Assembly: GCA_951406725.2 (NCBI GenBank)
Contig: OX597828.1
Location: 63,612,001 to 63,676,000 of the forward strand
Origin: Octopus vulgaris
Taxonomy: Eukaryota
DNA: 64,000 bases
Reading direction: 5' to 3'
In this document: piece by piece, positions 10,625 through 27,586 of the stretch
Position numbering within the stretch: position 1 is the first letter of the stretch
How the letters are laid out: each line of letters starts with the position of its first letter
Made by a program: the position numbers and the translations under genes
Notes under the pieces: generated by a model
The model's input: only the letters and a program-made list of their open reading frames with translations
What the model was told of the DNA's origin: nothing
Database searches by the model: none

Positions 10625-11408
10625 TACTAATTTGTGTATGTTTATTATCACAATATTAAGTCGAAAAACTGAGACATTGAGTGTGGAACACATATATATG
10701 TTTACTAATTTATATTATTTATTTATATAATTATGTATATGTATATTTTTATATGTATAGGAGTGTGAGTATATGCACTCATATGTATATATATATGTTG
10801 TATTATGGGCATGCACCCACACCCATGTGGGTATATATGTAGACTGATTTATATTACATAATCTCCGAAGAGGCCTTATGATATTTTTGTAAATGTCTCA
10901 TTTATATCTATATATTGACCAACCATAAAGGGCTAATATTGGTAAAATGAGACATACTTATCTACATGGCCGAAACAGCTGTAAGATGTAATCTATACTT
11001 ATATTTATATTTACTTATATTTATATTCTCTTTTATATATATTCTACTTATTATACAACATTATTCGTTTATGTACACTTTTTTATGTACATTCCCTTAT
11101 GTACACTGATTTGTTCTGCTTTTTATATTTAACCCTACAGTCTCTTATGTGGTGGTTTAATAAAGTATGTAATTGAGTATTATCTGGTAATTGTTATTTG
11201 ATTTAGATGTATTTCTCCATTTTCTTATCTTGTATTAGTAATTTGTGGTAAATCATTTTACCTTTGCCCATATAATACAGTAAATGAATTAATTGCATCG
11301 CAATCATTAACATTTATGTATTAATTTTGTTGGGTACTTCACTAGCAGTATATTGGATATATGTTATCCCATGGAGGGTTGCATTTACAACCCCTATCTC
11401 AATTTGTA
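10625..11408 (+). mobile_element. Non-coding pLTR-like element with type I HHR (HHR 10861-10987, core CCGAAGA)
   Basis: Homologous to 51950-52678 (-). ATCT-CCGAAGA-GGCC...GGCC-GAAAC-AGCT-GTA-AGAT; ends in (TA)n. Confidence 0.8.
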
Positions 11409-11420
11409 TATATAATATAT

Positions 11421-11599
<179 letters not shown>

Positions 11600-11989
11600 G
11601 TATTGTAGAAATATGTGTTTACACACATGTACACACACAAACACACTCACACATCAATACATTATAATTTGAAGACTCGTATTACGAGTAATCGGAATTC
11701 CTCGTTTCCGATCCTCACCCGCTAAACTGAGCTTGTTTTCTTTTGAAAGTTTTTGAATATTCCTTGAAATATTGAATGAAAGTTCGAAGAAAGCGTATAC
11801 CGTTATGTCCTTTCGTTTTAAAACCTTTGAGAGAAACAGCTGTTTCGAGCTCACGTTTTTGTTTTTTTTGGTGTTTCTTGCGGTAATTTTATAAAACGTC
11901 TTGAAATTGATTCGAGCGAAGTCACTCTAATAACCTTATTTATGAAATGCTCTGTTTAAAAAATGTTTTAAAATAATACATTTTTTAAG

Positions 11990-12680
<691 letters not shown>

Positions 12681-12790
12681 TAATAAAGAATATTTATTCA
12701 ATAAAATATACATCAATAAAGAATATTAATTCAACATTATGAAACCGAACGAAATTCAAGGAGGCTGGTAATTTACATAAAATATACTTA

Positions 12791-12848
<58 letters not shown>

Positions 12849-13051
12849 CAGTAGCTGACCCAAAATATCATTAAAGTATTACCTTCCAACGTAGCTTAAT
12901 GTTGATGCCAAAACGATATACAATAGCTTCCACAAGAAACACTGCCTTGGGGCAATATAGTCAATTCTCCTGCCATTATGAGCGTGTGTTTATGCGCGTG
13001 TGTTTGTGTGTGTAGATTTGTTTGTGGGTATGTGTGTGGGTATGTGTGTGC

Positions 13052-13089
<38 letters not shown>

Positions 13090-13163
13090 TCATACACACA
13101 CTACGTATACGCACTAAATACACATATACACACACACTGAAATGGTTGGACAATTTTATTCCC

Positions 13164-13306
13164 CGTGGTGAATTGTAGCTTCCCAATCACATGTTTCTGG
13201 GTTCAGTTCCACTCCGTGGTAACTTCCAAAAGTGCTTTCTACTATAGCCTCAAACCGAACAAAGATTTGTGAGTGGATTTGGTAGACGGAAACTGAAAGA
13301 AGCACG

Positions 13307-13366
<60 letters not shown>

Positions 13367-13572
13367 CTTTGTGTTTGTCCACCCATCACCGATTGACAAT
13401 TGGTATTGGTGTGTTTACGCCCCCGTAACTTAACAGTTCGGACTAACAGACCGATATAATAAGTACGAGGCTTAAAAATATGTCTTGGATCGATTTGCCC
13501 GACTAAAACCCTTTAAGGCGGTGCTCCAGTATGGCGGCAGTCACGTTACTGAAGCGAGTAAAATAATAAGAG
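13164..13572 (+). mobile_element. tRNA-derived SINE, family 1 (octopus-type, internal microsatellite)
   Basis: Matches other copies: gggttcagt-ccact (B-box-like), ggatttggtagacggaaactgaaagaagc, ggcggtgctccag-atggc. Confidence 0.8.
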
Positions 13573-13902
13573 AATATATATATTTTAAAAAAGGTTGTTG
13601 TATAAGTCCAGAACAAAGGTACAAGGTGAACTACAAAAGGAAATGAAAACAAGACAAAGTTGCAGGTTTAACTTGTATTCCAATATTTCGAGGCGAATAC
13701 CTCTTCTTCATGACATTTGGAAAACGTGTTTGTTGGAAAACATTGTTGCTCAGACGCACAGAAGAGTAACGGCTTTTTCCAACTTCTCGCATTGTTCCGG
13801 CCTTAAGCAACAACCTTGTTACTCAACACAATGCTTCGCCAAAAGTACTTCATTATACATACATACATACATACATATATATACAGTATATATTATATAT
13901 AC

Positions 13903-14096
13903 TCTTTACTCATTTACTCTTTTATTTGTTTCAATCATTTGACTGCGGCCATGCTGCAGCACCGGCTTAGTCGAACAAATTTATCCATGGACTCATTCTT
14001 AGTAAGCCTAGTACTTATTCTATCGGTCTCTTTTGCCGAACTGCCAGGTTATGGGGACGTAAACATCGGTTGTTAAGCTATGGAGGGGGACAAACG
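13903..14096 (-). mobile_element. SINE family 1, 3' half
   Basis: Reverse complement of the SINE tail. Confidence 0.75.
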
Positions 14097-14199
14097 CACA
14101 TACACACACACACACACACGCGCATACACACACACGCGCGCGCGCGCACACACATATAAGCAAAAAAGGAAATGGGGGACTGCGTGTTGCTAGACAGGT

Positions 14200-15800
14200 C
14201 AGCTGTAGACAGAAACACTTTTTTGAAATTCAGTGAGTAAGAAAATATTTAAGCATTTTTATAGACAACTGGCATGAAACGTTCACCTTCTCACAAATTA
14301 TTCATTTATATGTATACCAGTAATTAGTAACAGAGGAATACATTTGTAAGTATCTATGAAGCAATCTCTAAAAGTTACTGTTTTCCGGAGAAAAAGTGAC
14401 CAGCTAAGTTAGTTTAGGCTTGGCTGTAAGATCAAGAAATCCACTTTGGAAGCACGTGGTCATAAGAGGTCAAGAGTTACTTCAACTCTAGCCTCGATGC
14501 AACGAATGCCCTGTGAGTGTATTTTGTTGACAAAATGTGTGGACATCCGCTGTCTGTCTGTCTGTCTGTATGTATGTATGTATGTATGTATGTAAACCAC
14601 AAAACAATATGGATTAACAATCTAGGATTGCAATGTATCCTCTTGCCTGTGATAATTCTGAAGCACCCCAATCCTCTGAATATGGTTGAATATACCCCAG
14701 AAAACAGTAATTTTGTTGGACAAAATGGAAACTTGTTGAAATGAATATTTTCAACATGTCTCAGGTAACTTTCGATATCCCATTCCAACGATTCCATCTA
14801 GTCGAGATAAAGCCGCTGACTTTGAGAAAGAGGTTGAAATTCCTTTTAAAGTTTGGAAGAAAATTCGAATATTGAATGAGAGAGTACCTAATTAAGCGAA
14901 TGTGCATAACATTGTACAACTTTGATGTTCGCACCAAAAATCTCCTTTATCCCATCATGCTCGATTCATCATAAATTTGTGCGATGAAATTTTGGCCACA
15001 CTTGAATTCATTAAAAATAAATGTTGAACTTCTGTTAGTGATGCAGCTTCTCTGATTTTCCTGATATCGACATATCTCAAAAACCATTTTTCAGTCTTTT
15101 CCTTCTCCTCAGCACATCTCAAAATGTGTGACAATTGAAATTTCATTCGAAGGTCCGTTGCGTCATCAAATATAACAGCAACAAATGCTGTTTTTTTAAA
15201 ATCATTGCCTTAATGTCACATTCACTTGTAGCAGCTATACAATTAAATGATCGCATTTACAATATCACTTGAAAGTCCAGAAAATGTGCAGTTGGCATTT
15301 TTCTTCAGGAAATCTAATTGCGATCTTAAACAATCATTTATTCCGCTACAGCTTCGCATATAGCCAGAAAATTAGTCTTTGGTCTGATTCCTCTGTTTCG
15401 TCGTGTCTTCCGAATGGTAATTCTTGACATGACAAAACTTCAATAAAAGGAATTAACTTTTTCCATATATCATGATTTTTCTCGGGAACTGAACCTAAGT
15501 TGCTTTTCAATGATCGATTGTCGTATCAATTCATTGTCGGCTAAAGATTTTCGGAGCAATTACAGAATTTAGATTGATTCAGAGATGTGTGTTTTGTCAA
15601 AGTTGTATTCAAGTCATGCAAATTGCAGTAGCTGTCCATATGGTGTTCAAATGTTGACAAAATGACAGACATAAGAAACAGAACAACTTATTCAGAATGG
15701 GTCATCCCGTCATTCACTCATACTGTCGGCCATAATGCTTGGAATCAAAATAACGATGACATTCCTTGCTGCCCACTTTGGTTTTGATTTTCATTTCAGA
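14200..15800 (-). pseudogene. Decayed hAT-type (ZMYM1/DUF4371-like) transposase
   Basis: Broken translation includes QELPFGRHDETEES and KTAFVAVIFDDATDLRMKFQLSHILR...EKWFLRYVD, resembling the LxFRGHDE and F.ii.DE.tD...eQls..lR motifs. Boundaries are approximate. Confidence 0.7.
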
Positions 15801-16107
15801 CGTTGCCTTCTCTTTTCCGAGAATGGTTGTATTCTTCTTATCTGCGAAACTTTTGTAAAGGATGGGGAAGGAGAAAGGAAGCTGAGGTAATTGTCTCTTT
15901 TGCTGTCCTGGGGGTAAATGACAGCGTGGAAAATGTTACTGGGTTTTTAAAAAAATCTTTTTTGAAAAAATCGAAGCTTTATTTTAAAATAAAGTTGAGC
16001 TGTCAGTTAACTCTTTTTTTCGTAACCCTTTTAAACAAATTTGAATCTTTGAAAATATATTTTAAAGCATTGACATGGATTAATGGATGAAAACTTTACT
16101 TTTAAAT

Positions 16108-16138
<31 letters not shown>

Positions 16139-16319
16139 ACACGCATGCGCGTGCGCACACAAACACACGCATGCGCGCGCACACAAACACACAGAAACAA
16201 ACTTTTTCGGCTGCTTCTTTTCGCTCGAAATCGAGAAGAAAACTCTGGGGTCACATGACTGAATTCTGCTCTTAAGAAGGGATCAAAAATACTCCCCATA
16301 GGTTAAATATTAAAAAACA

Positions 16320-16610
16320 AGTGTGGTTCTGTGGTAAGAACCTTGCTTGATAACCACATGGTTCCGGGTTCAGTCCCAATTCGTGGAAACTTGGGCAAGT
16401 GTCTTCTACTATAGCCTCGGACCGACCAAAACCTTGTGTGTGGATTTGGTAGACGGAAACTAAAAGAAGCCCATAGTATATGTATCTATGTGTGTCTTTG
16501 TATCTGTGTTGATTAACCACTAACGCTTGGCGACCATTGTTGGTGAGTTTACGTTGCCGTAACTTTGCGGTTCAGCTCGAGAGACCGATGGAATAAGTTT
16601 CAAGTTTTAA
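16320..16610 (+). mobile_element. SINE family 1, diverged
   Basis: Homology to 32429-32910. Confidence 0.75.
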
Positions 16611-16993
16611 AAAATGTCCTAAAAATTCTTATAACGTTATATCGGAGTTGTGGTTAAAAATTTAAATCCAGATATAACAATAATCTTTCTAATTTTAGGG
16701 ATTGTGGTAAGAGGCATTCAACGACTCTTTTGGTTTTAATCTGGAAACTTAAAGACGAAGAGACCAGTTTCGACATCAAATGTTTAAATTGTTTAAACGT
16801 TATCTGCTCAAGAGACATCTGACAAACAATTTTGTTCACAGTTTGATAAATGGCGGAATAAATTATTGTTTCGGCCAGGAAACCCTGGGTAGCTGTATTT
16901 AACAAGATTTGTTCAGGTTTTTATTATAACATCATCTTTACTCTCTTATCTGACCGAGTGATTTTCTTCATGTTGAAGAATTACCACTTAATC

Positions 16994-17061
<68 letters not shown>

Positions 17062-17302
17062 ATTGTATATGGTTCAAAGTTACAGAAAAAAAGAAAACGA
17101 AGATAGGTGAGGAAACAACGAGCATGTGTATTAGTTTGACGCTCGAGAAGATTAAAAACTCCTTGACGTTTAGAGCTTACGATCTTCGATAAAAAAAGGA
17201 TTGAGAGAGAAAAAATGTGTGGGGATTAACGGTACGACACACACACACACACACACGCTCACGCACACACGCAAGCACGCACGCGTGCGCGCACACACAG
17301 AG

Positions 17303-17355
<53 letters not shown>

Positions 17356-17375
17356 CATGTATGTATGTATGTATG

Positions 17376-17408
<33 letters not shown>

Positions 17409-17410
<2 letters not shown>

Positions 17411-17813
17411 TCTTTACTCTTTTACTTGTTTCAGACATTTGACTGCGGCCATGCTGGAGCACCACCTTCAGTCGAGCAAATCGACCCCGGGACTTATTCT
17501 TTGTAAGCCCAGTACTTATTCTATCAGTCTCTTTTGCCGAACCGCTAAGTGACGGGGACGTAAACACACCAGCATCGGTTGTCAAGCAATGCTAGGGGGA
17601 CAAACATAGACACGCAAACATAAACACACACTTAAATTTATATACATATATACGACGGGCTTCTTTCAGTTTCCGTCTACCAAATCGACTCACAAGGCAT
17701 TGGTCAGCCCGGGGCTATAGTAGAAGACACTTACCCAAGATGCCACGCAGTGGGACTGAACCCGGAACCACGTGGTTGGTTAGCAAGCTACTTACCACAC
17801 AGCCACTCCTGCG

Positions 17814-17816
<3 letters not shown>
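17409..17816 (-). mobile_element. SINE family 1, full length
   Basis: Minus strand ggcgcaggagtggctgtgtggtaag...gggttcagtcccact...aagtaaaagagtaaagag. Confidence 0.88.
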
Positions 17817-17892
<76 letters not shown>

Positions 17893-18351
17893 GTACACAT
17901 ACGTATATATGTGTTTATGCATTTATATGTGTGAGTGTGTGCATGTGAGAAATTACAATAAATTTTAATCTATTAGTTCCAACGTACGTTTCACCATTAC
18001 AGTTGTTTGGAACACCGCACTGCGTATACCAAATGCATTGGGATGTTTAACCAGAACGAATCATCAGGGCTTCAACTTATTGCATTAACTTACAAAGAAC
18101 TAATAATAAAAATTTGCATTTATCACCAATTTCTCCTTCATTTGCTCTGTCTAAGTATTTACTTAACCACTTTCCCGGAAGCAGACTGGATGATGACAAT
18201 CTACGTGGAGCTCGGAATCTAACAGTAGCAGACGCACGTCTGCTTCTACACACAACATGTATACGCACGCATGCGCGCGCTCAAATACACACAGGTATAT
18301 AAATATGCATGTGTACATACATACATACATACAAACATATTTATATATATA

Positions 18352-18387
<36 letters not shown>

Positions 18388-18464
18388 TTGCACACACACA
18401 TATATATATATATGCATGCAAAAATGTGTCTATGTATGTGAATACGTGAATATATATATATAAG

Positions 18465-18496
<32 letters not shown>

Positions 18497-18673
18497 CTTG
18501 TGTGTGTGTGTGTGTGTGTGAATCCAATGTGACCAGATGTTAAAAAGATGCCAGAATGAGTCCAATCAACTTGATAGATTGACTCGTTAAATGAGGCAGA
18601 CGCATTCTTCAATCCCGCTCCACCAATGGATACAAACCCCACAGCATCCCAGCCGACATCATCACCACCACCA

Positions 18674-18709
<36 letters not shown>

Positions 18710-18779
18710 CCACCAACACCACCAAAATCATCACAATATCTTCCATTATCATCAACTTTCCAGTTATCAACGCTATCAA

Positions 18780-19925
18780 CACTCGTCATCGTCGTCGCCG
18801 TCGCCGTCACCGCCGTCCACCACCACCACTACCACCACCACCACTACCACCACCACCACCACCACTGCAACCGCCACCGCCGCCAACCACCACCACCACC
18901 ACCACCACCTCCACCACCTCCACCACCTCCACCTCCACCACCTCCACCTCCACCACCACCACCACCACCACCACTGCCTCCGCCCTCGAGGCCAATACCT
19001 ACTATCGTTGCCACCACCACAACTAGCCCCACTCTCACCCTCCCCTTTACCATTTCTCTGCAAGTACCCCAATCCACACTCTCGCCCCACACCGCTCCTC
19101 ACCACCACGCACCACTCACCCCACGACCCACAATACTACTCCCAAAGCAAACGACTCCTCTCACCCCTGCCACCACCACCCTCACCGCCACTGTTAACCG
19201 TTAGTAGTATTCATTAGTGGTGTTTGTGGCAGTGCTGGTGGCGGCGGTGGTGGCGTTGCCATCCCATTCCGGGGGTTGACATCCTTATTACAGCTGCAAA
19301 CCCACCCACCTCCCTTCCACGCCTATCTGAAGATATCATATTCTTAGTGTTTTATGATGATGATGGCCATATTGATGACTCGACGACGATGACGATGATA
19401 ATGATGGTGATGGTGATGATTGTGATAGTGGTTTGGTAGCGGGTGGGTGAGAGTGTGAGAATGGTAACGGTATGTCAACGCCACGCCGCCATTAACAACA
19501 CCACCTAAACTATCACCGCCACCGCCACCACCATCACCACCACTACAACCACCACCGCCAACACCATCACTCTCCCACCACTACCGCCACCATCACTCCC
19601 CCACCACTACCGCCACCATCACTCCCACCTACCACCACCACCACGAGAACGATGACCAGAATCCCCATCAGCATCGCCAAAGTGACCACGCCTATCAGGA
19701 TCACCATCATCTATTATCGCCATCATCATTAGCACCTTCATCACCACCACCACCACCACCACCACCACCACCACCACCACCACCACCACCACCACTTCCT
19801 CCCGCCTCCACCACCACCACCACCACCACCACCACCACTTCCTCCCGCCTCCCCCACCATCACTCCCTCCCACCACTATCACCACCACCACCACCACCAC
19901 CACCACCACCATAACAACCATCATC
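18780..19925. repeat. (CCA)n/(CAC)n low-complexity tracts
   Basis: Trinucleotide repeats, open in several frames on both strands. Confidence 0.8.
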
Positions 19926-20313
19926 AGTCTCAGCCCCCACCACCCCTGTCATAGTAAATGGAGCGGTACGCTGGGGGTTGGTAGGGGTGGGGTTGGAGAG
20001 GGAGAACATACCATTCATTGATTGACATTCTTATTAGAGCAGACAAAAGAAAATCTAAAATAAAAAGCAAAATGTAGAAAACAATTATAAAATAAAATAG
20101 CCTGCCCCAGGGCAACACTGGTCTATCAACTTCGTGTGAACCCCCGTCTTTTATATATGCATATATAGAGGAGGGGGTTCCTAAAATGAATGTTATTCAT
20201 TCTAGGAATATATATCTATTTTTAGCGGTACGTGTGTGTGAGTGTATGCGCGTGCGCGTGTGTGAGTGTGTGCGTGTGTATACATACACACGCACACACA
20301 CACACACACACAT

Positions 20314-20399
<86 letters not shown>

Positions 20400-20579
20400 G
20401 TGTGTGTGTATATATATGTGTGTGTGTGTGTGTATATATATGTGTGTGTGTGTATATATATGTGTGTGTGTGTGTGTGTATATATGTGTGTGTGTGTGTG
20501 TGTGTATATATATGTGTGTGTGTGTGTGTATATATGTGTGTGTGTGTGCATCTATGTATATATATGTATGTATATATAA

Positions 20580-20618
<39 letters not shown>

Positions 20619-21174
20619 GAGAGATAGTTAGATGTAGGTATAATATATAGATATGTATGTGTGTATGTACAGAGATGGCTGTGGGTGTTGTTATGTGTGT
20701 GTGTATGCATATGCGTGTTAGCGTGATTACGTGAGTGACTGGAGGTATGTGAGGGTGTTGCTGATATGACCGTGTCAGACAGTGCGTCAGTGTGTGTGTG
20801 CACGTGTGTGTAAGTTTGTGTATGTGTTTGTGTGTGCCTAAATGTGGGCGTTGTGATGAGCGTATATGTGGATGCGAAGATGTGTGTGTATTTGTGTGTA
20901 TATGTGAAGGTGTAAGTGTATTTAATCATATGTGTATGTATAATTGTATGTGTGTATACATGTGCACAAATTTGCATATGTATATTCATATATAAAAATA
21001 ATTGTATGTGTATGTATATGTATGCAAAGATGCATTCATGTATGTGTGTATATAAGTTTATATATATATATATATATAACGGAACACAAAAAATGAGACA
21101 AGAACGCAAATCATCCAGGCAGATGATACAAAAACGAGACAAGCGGAAAACAAGGACTTGTCTTTCGGGGTTTT

Positions 21175-21231
21175 CTTTTCTCAGTCGAGTTCCAGATTAT
21201 TTTTGCAATTTCGGCTGGTTATACTCGAGAT
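21175..21231 (-). ncRNA. Degenerate, 5'-truncated permuted-hammerhead-like motif of a second family
   Basis: Minus strand: AT-C-TCGAGT-ataaccagcc-GAAA-ttgc...-ACTCGA-CTGAGAA. Segment order and spacing match the main family and stem I is 6 bp; the core and stem II are decayed. Confidence 0.4.
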
Positions 21232-21238
21232 ATACATG

Positions 21239-21350
<112 letters not shown>

Positions 21351-21589
21351 CATATAATGAAAATAAGTAACAAGATATTAAGTGGTAATGCAGTACGACC
21401 GTTTCAAGCGACTCCATTTAATTGAACAATGCAATCATTACATCATTTTAAACTGTTGTACAGCATTATTACTTAATATCCTGTTACATATTACGATTTT
21501 ATTCACCTTACTTCGAGCTGTGCGGATAATACTGGGCCGATCTGGTGCTTCAACTTAAGTACCTAATTCAACGGAATCTTAATTATTTC

Positions 21590-21673
<84 letters not shown>

Positions 21674-23217
21674 CACATATATACGTGTGTGTATCTGTCT
21701 CTATCTATTACTGTATCGTCCAAACTGTCGGATGTTGTTCTACCCCGCCGGTCGCAATGTGTTTACTCACATTGCTCCAGCTTCCGAATTATGCCACCCC
21801 GCTGGCTAGGCGGGGTGACATCATTATTCATCGTGTGCATGCGAGTATAGATGTATTTGTGGGCGGTTTCTGGGAGTTGGGAGCAAATAAGGTAAGAAAT
21901 ATGTTTGTGTGGGGTGAGGCAGTTTGAGTGGTAGTACATGTGTGTGTGTGTGTGTTAACATATGCATTAAAAGTGAATATTGAAGGTGTGTGTATGTGTC
22001 GTAAGGTGTGTGTCTACGTGTGTGTGTGCGTTTATATGTGGGCGTGTAAGTATGTGTGTATGTATGTGGAGGTGAGCGTGTGAGCCTTATCTGTAACATA
22101 GTATTTTTCTTAGTTCGAGGGGAAGGGCATACGTGGTAGGGGTGATAAGGTTGGTAAGAGTTGTGTTGATGGTGGTGAGGTAAGCGTGGAGGTAGTGGTG
22201 TTGGTGATGTTGGCGGCGGTGGTAGCGGTTCTGATGGTTGTGTTGAGGATGGTATTAGTGGTTGTGGTGGTAGGACAGTGCAGTGTACCTTTATTTTACA
22301 TATCTCCAAAATATCACAGCTACCATGAGAGGATTGAATTCATCTTCACCTGCTTATAAGTGAATGATTGTCCAGCTAGACGTATATAGACGCCATTTTG
22401 TGGCATAGTGCACCTGTGTCTTGGCTTGCCTTGGGCCTCTAAACGCCTTCATGGAATCGTATGGACGCCAGCATGATAAACAGCGAGATGCGTATAATTT
22501 TAGACAAGGTGGAATCCATTGCTAAGTCCAATTTCTTATTGAAAGAGTGAGGGAAGGAGAACAAGCGAGAGAGAGAGAGAGAGAGAGGGGGGAGAGTATG
22601 AACGGTCACGTCAGCGAGATTTGAACTCAGCACTCGGAGAGACGGAACGAAGCGATTGCCGCAAACCAATCTATCTGAAGATTCTTTGAATTAGTTCCGT
22701 TAGTGCTGGTCTCCCATAATCTCAGTACTTAAGGAGCGTTTTACAGTCTGAAGTTCTAAGAATGTCTATCGTTGCTGACTTACAGTTTATCAAACTGTAA
22801 ATATGGCCCAAAGTTGAGTTACAAGCTATTTGATCCGTTGGAAGACTACAAAATCAGCATCAGTCCATCTGGCTGTAAAGAGGTGCCATGGTTTGGGTTT
22901 ATAAGAACTCATCGCAAGACGTTAAGATAATAATCTCACGAGTTTTACATTAGCAAAAACAAGGAATTGATATAAGTGGGCAGAGAAGACGACGAAAGCC
23001 ATTCTTTTGAAATTGGTTTCCTATTCACCAACAGCACTAGCACCACCAGCAGCAGTAACAACAACAACAACAACAACAACAACGGTAGCATCAGTAGCAA
23101 CAGCGCCAGGGATATCTAGAAGACAGAAAGATCAATCGAAGTTCAACTGTACACCCTTCTTCACATACACCCTGCAACACCAACGGCGGTGACAGAAAAC
23201 AACTACAACAAAAGTAG

Positions 23218-23292
<75 letters not shown>

Positions 23293-23990
23293 TTGTTGCT
23301 GCTGCTGACATCAGACATATAAATTTACCATTTTCCATTACTTGAAACCAGACTGTATACATAGTACATTGCCCCCTCCCCCACCACCACCACCAACACC
23401 ATCACCAACGCCAACATCTTCTCTTCCTCCACCATCACCACTATTACCATCACCGCTACCATCATCCCCTTCACTTCCATTGTTACCGCCATCACCAACA
23501 CCACCACCAACAACAACAACAGCGTTACTTCTGCTCCTTGTGTCACCTCCAACCTGACGACCCGGCTCCACCATTCCCTGTCTAAACTTCAGCAGATAGA
23601 AGGCGATGCAAGTGAGAAACGAAATTAACGGGTTCGATTCCACATCCAAACTGCCAAACCTCCAGTTGGCTTTGTGGTTCGTCGGTGGGTTTTAGGCCAT
23701 CAACAGCAAAAAGGATTTGAACACAAAAAGTAAATGCAACTTTATCACATTTCTGAATAAATGATAGTGGCAGACATAGCTTGGTGGTTTGGATGTTCGC
23801 TCCGCAACTAAATGGTGTCAAATCCAGTCTCAAGATCACCTTGGGAAAATGTCAGACGGACCAATGCCTGGTGGGAGAATTTGGTTGACGGAAATTGAGT
23901 GGAAGCCCGTCGAGTATGTATGTATGTATGTATGTATGTATGTATGTATGTATGTATGTATGTATGTATGTATGTATGTATATATATATT

Positions 23991-24198
23991 AGTTTCCCAT
24001 TTTGGCACAAGGCCTGTAATTTTAAGGAAGGGGTAAGTCACATCGACCCCAGTACGCAATTGGTACTTAATTTATCGACTCCAGAAGGGCGAAAGGCAAA
24101 GTCGACTTGGCGGAATTTGAACTCAGAACGTAGGGACAGACGAAATGCCGCTAAGCATTTTACAGGGCGTGCTGTTGGCTCTGCCAACTCACCGCCTT
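23991..24198 (-). mobile_element. tRNA-derived SINE, family 2 (Nin/Deu-domain-like)
   Basis: gttctgagttcaaattccgcc (B box) and gactttgcctttc...gtcgataaa...ctggggtcgat, as at 40233-40443. Confidence 0.75.
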
Positions 24199-25404
24199 AT
24201 AAAATATATATATATATATATATATATATACTGAAATATATATGCAGAGAGAGGGAGAGAGATAGAGAGAAAGAGAGAGAGATGTGTATTTGTTTGTATT
24301 TGTTCCCCAATCGCTACACTTCCGGTTCGGCAACAAATACCTCGATATCTAACTCAAAATGAATGCTGAATTCCATTTATTCAACTAAAATTGTTAAGGC
24401 AGAATCCCACTATGGTCGCAGTCCAGTAACAGAAACAAAGAAAATAATAAAAGAATGGAATATTTTATAAAGTATTTGTTAATTAATCACACTATGTAAT
24501 TATACTGTAATTATCAATTCCCAAATATCAATCGTATACCGTTTATATAAATTTCATTATACTTGTCATATAAAGATATTGTAGCTGCGGTTTGATATTA
24601 CATCACTGATCCGATCTAAATAGATCGAAACATTTGAAGAATTGTGACCTTATATCCAAAGACAAGACTCACTCCTCGATTGCATTTTATAATTAATCTA
24701 ATTGATTGAAATTTCGGACTTATCTCCTTAGCATTTTTATACCAGAATTAGACATTCAGATGACATGTCCCAAACGTTAAGAGTGTAGTTTTAATTAAAT
24801 TTCTTAGCTTACTTCATCAGTCTGATATTGTCCACTTTACTCTCTCATTAACAGTGATTAATCAATGACTACGAATAAAAATATTTAATTTTCTTTTTAA
24901 ATGACTAATTTAACCATTTAGGGAATGATGTCCTTATTATCACAGTGTATCAATGAGTAGCACTTAAACTAGTGCAGATGGCTGCGTGGGTAGCGTTAAG
25001 ATATGCAGATATGGTCGAGTATCACTTAAGATCATCAGAATAAAGATGGCGGTGTGAATAAAGTCGCAAGCAGCTTGACATCATTGAGTGTCACTTAAAA
25101 TTATTAGAGTCCAGGTGGCTATGTGGACACCGGTTTCGTCTTTCAGTCATTGGACTACGGCCATGCTGAGTCACCACTTTAAAGGATTTAGTTGAAAAAA
25201 ATCAACCCCAATACTTATTTTTTAGAAGTTTGGTACGTAAACCAACACCGGCTATTATTGCGATGGAGTGAGGGCAAATACAAACATAAAAGCATACATA
25301 CATACATGAATACATACAAGCACACACACATATATATATAAGTATATAATGTTCTTATATACTTATGTATATATACAAAGTATATATATATATATAAAAT
25401 TTAT

Positions 25405-25664
<260 letters not shown>

Positions 25665-25697
25665 GTATATGTATATATATATATATGTATATATATA

Positions 25698-26286
<589 letters not shown>

Positions 26287-26373
26287 TATATATATATATA
26301 TGTATATATATATAATATATATGTATATATATATGTATGTATATATATATATGTATGTATATATATATGTATG

Positions 26374-26404
<31 letters not shown>

Positions 26405-26453
26405 GTATGTATATATATATGTATATATATATATATGTATGTATATATATATG

Positions 26454-26558
<105 letters not shown>

Positions 26559-26561
26559 ATA

Positions 26562-26600
<39 letters not shown>

Positions 26601-26729
26601 ATATATAACGGGAAGCTTTATGAAAATAAACAAAAGACGAAGGCAGGTGGAAAACAAACGAACAATTGTATTAGTATGGCGCTCAGGAAATATAAATAAA
26701 ACAAATATGTATGTATATTTATGTATATG

Positions 26730-26807
<78 letters not shown>

Positions 26808-26865
26808 TGTGTGTATATATATATATGTGTGTATATATATATATATGTATATATATATGTATATG

Positions 26866-26926
<61 letters not shown>

Positions 26927-26930
26927 ATAT

Positions 26931-27185
26931 AAACGTGGAGTAGACGAAACGGAGGCGGCTGAAGAAGGGGAACTTTCCTTGTGTCGTATGTCTTGTACCC
27001 TGTTTTTTCGTTGTTTAAAAAATGTCCGTTTCCATGGTTCTGTTTTTAGGTTTTCGTTTCTCATTGTGTTCGAAGTTTTTTTTGGGTGTCCTGTACCTAT
27101 ATATGCATGTATATATACATATAGATGTAGATACGTACATATATGTGTGTATATATGCATATGTTTTATTTATTATTTTGTTATT
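26931..27185 (+). mobile_element. 5'-truncated copy B of the permuted-HHR element (duplicate at 27978-28235)
   Basis: Starts at AAAC-gtggagtagacgaaacggaggcgg-CTGAAGA-AGGGG directly after (TA)n; the downstream sequence matches copy A. Confidence 0.75.
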
Positions 27186-27223
27186 ATATGACGAAACCCC
27201 ACGCATCCTCTTCCAAGTAAGTT

Positions 27224-27291
<68 letters not shown>

Positions 27292-27292
27292 A

Positions 27293-27353
<61 letters not shown>

Positions 27354-27400
27354 ATATATGTATGTATATATATATATATGTATATATGTATGTATATATG

Positions 27401-27586
<186 letters not shown>

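Noticed and set aside
18591-19217. Pro/His/Thr-rich ORFs (formin- or extensin-like)
   Set aside because: (CCA)n repeat open in multiple frames on both strands, with no domain or splice evidence.
22325-22395. tRNA-like segment on the minus strand
   Set aside because: No complete cloverleaf; at most a decayed SINE head.
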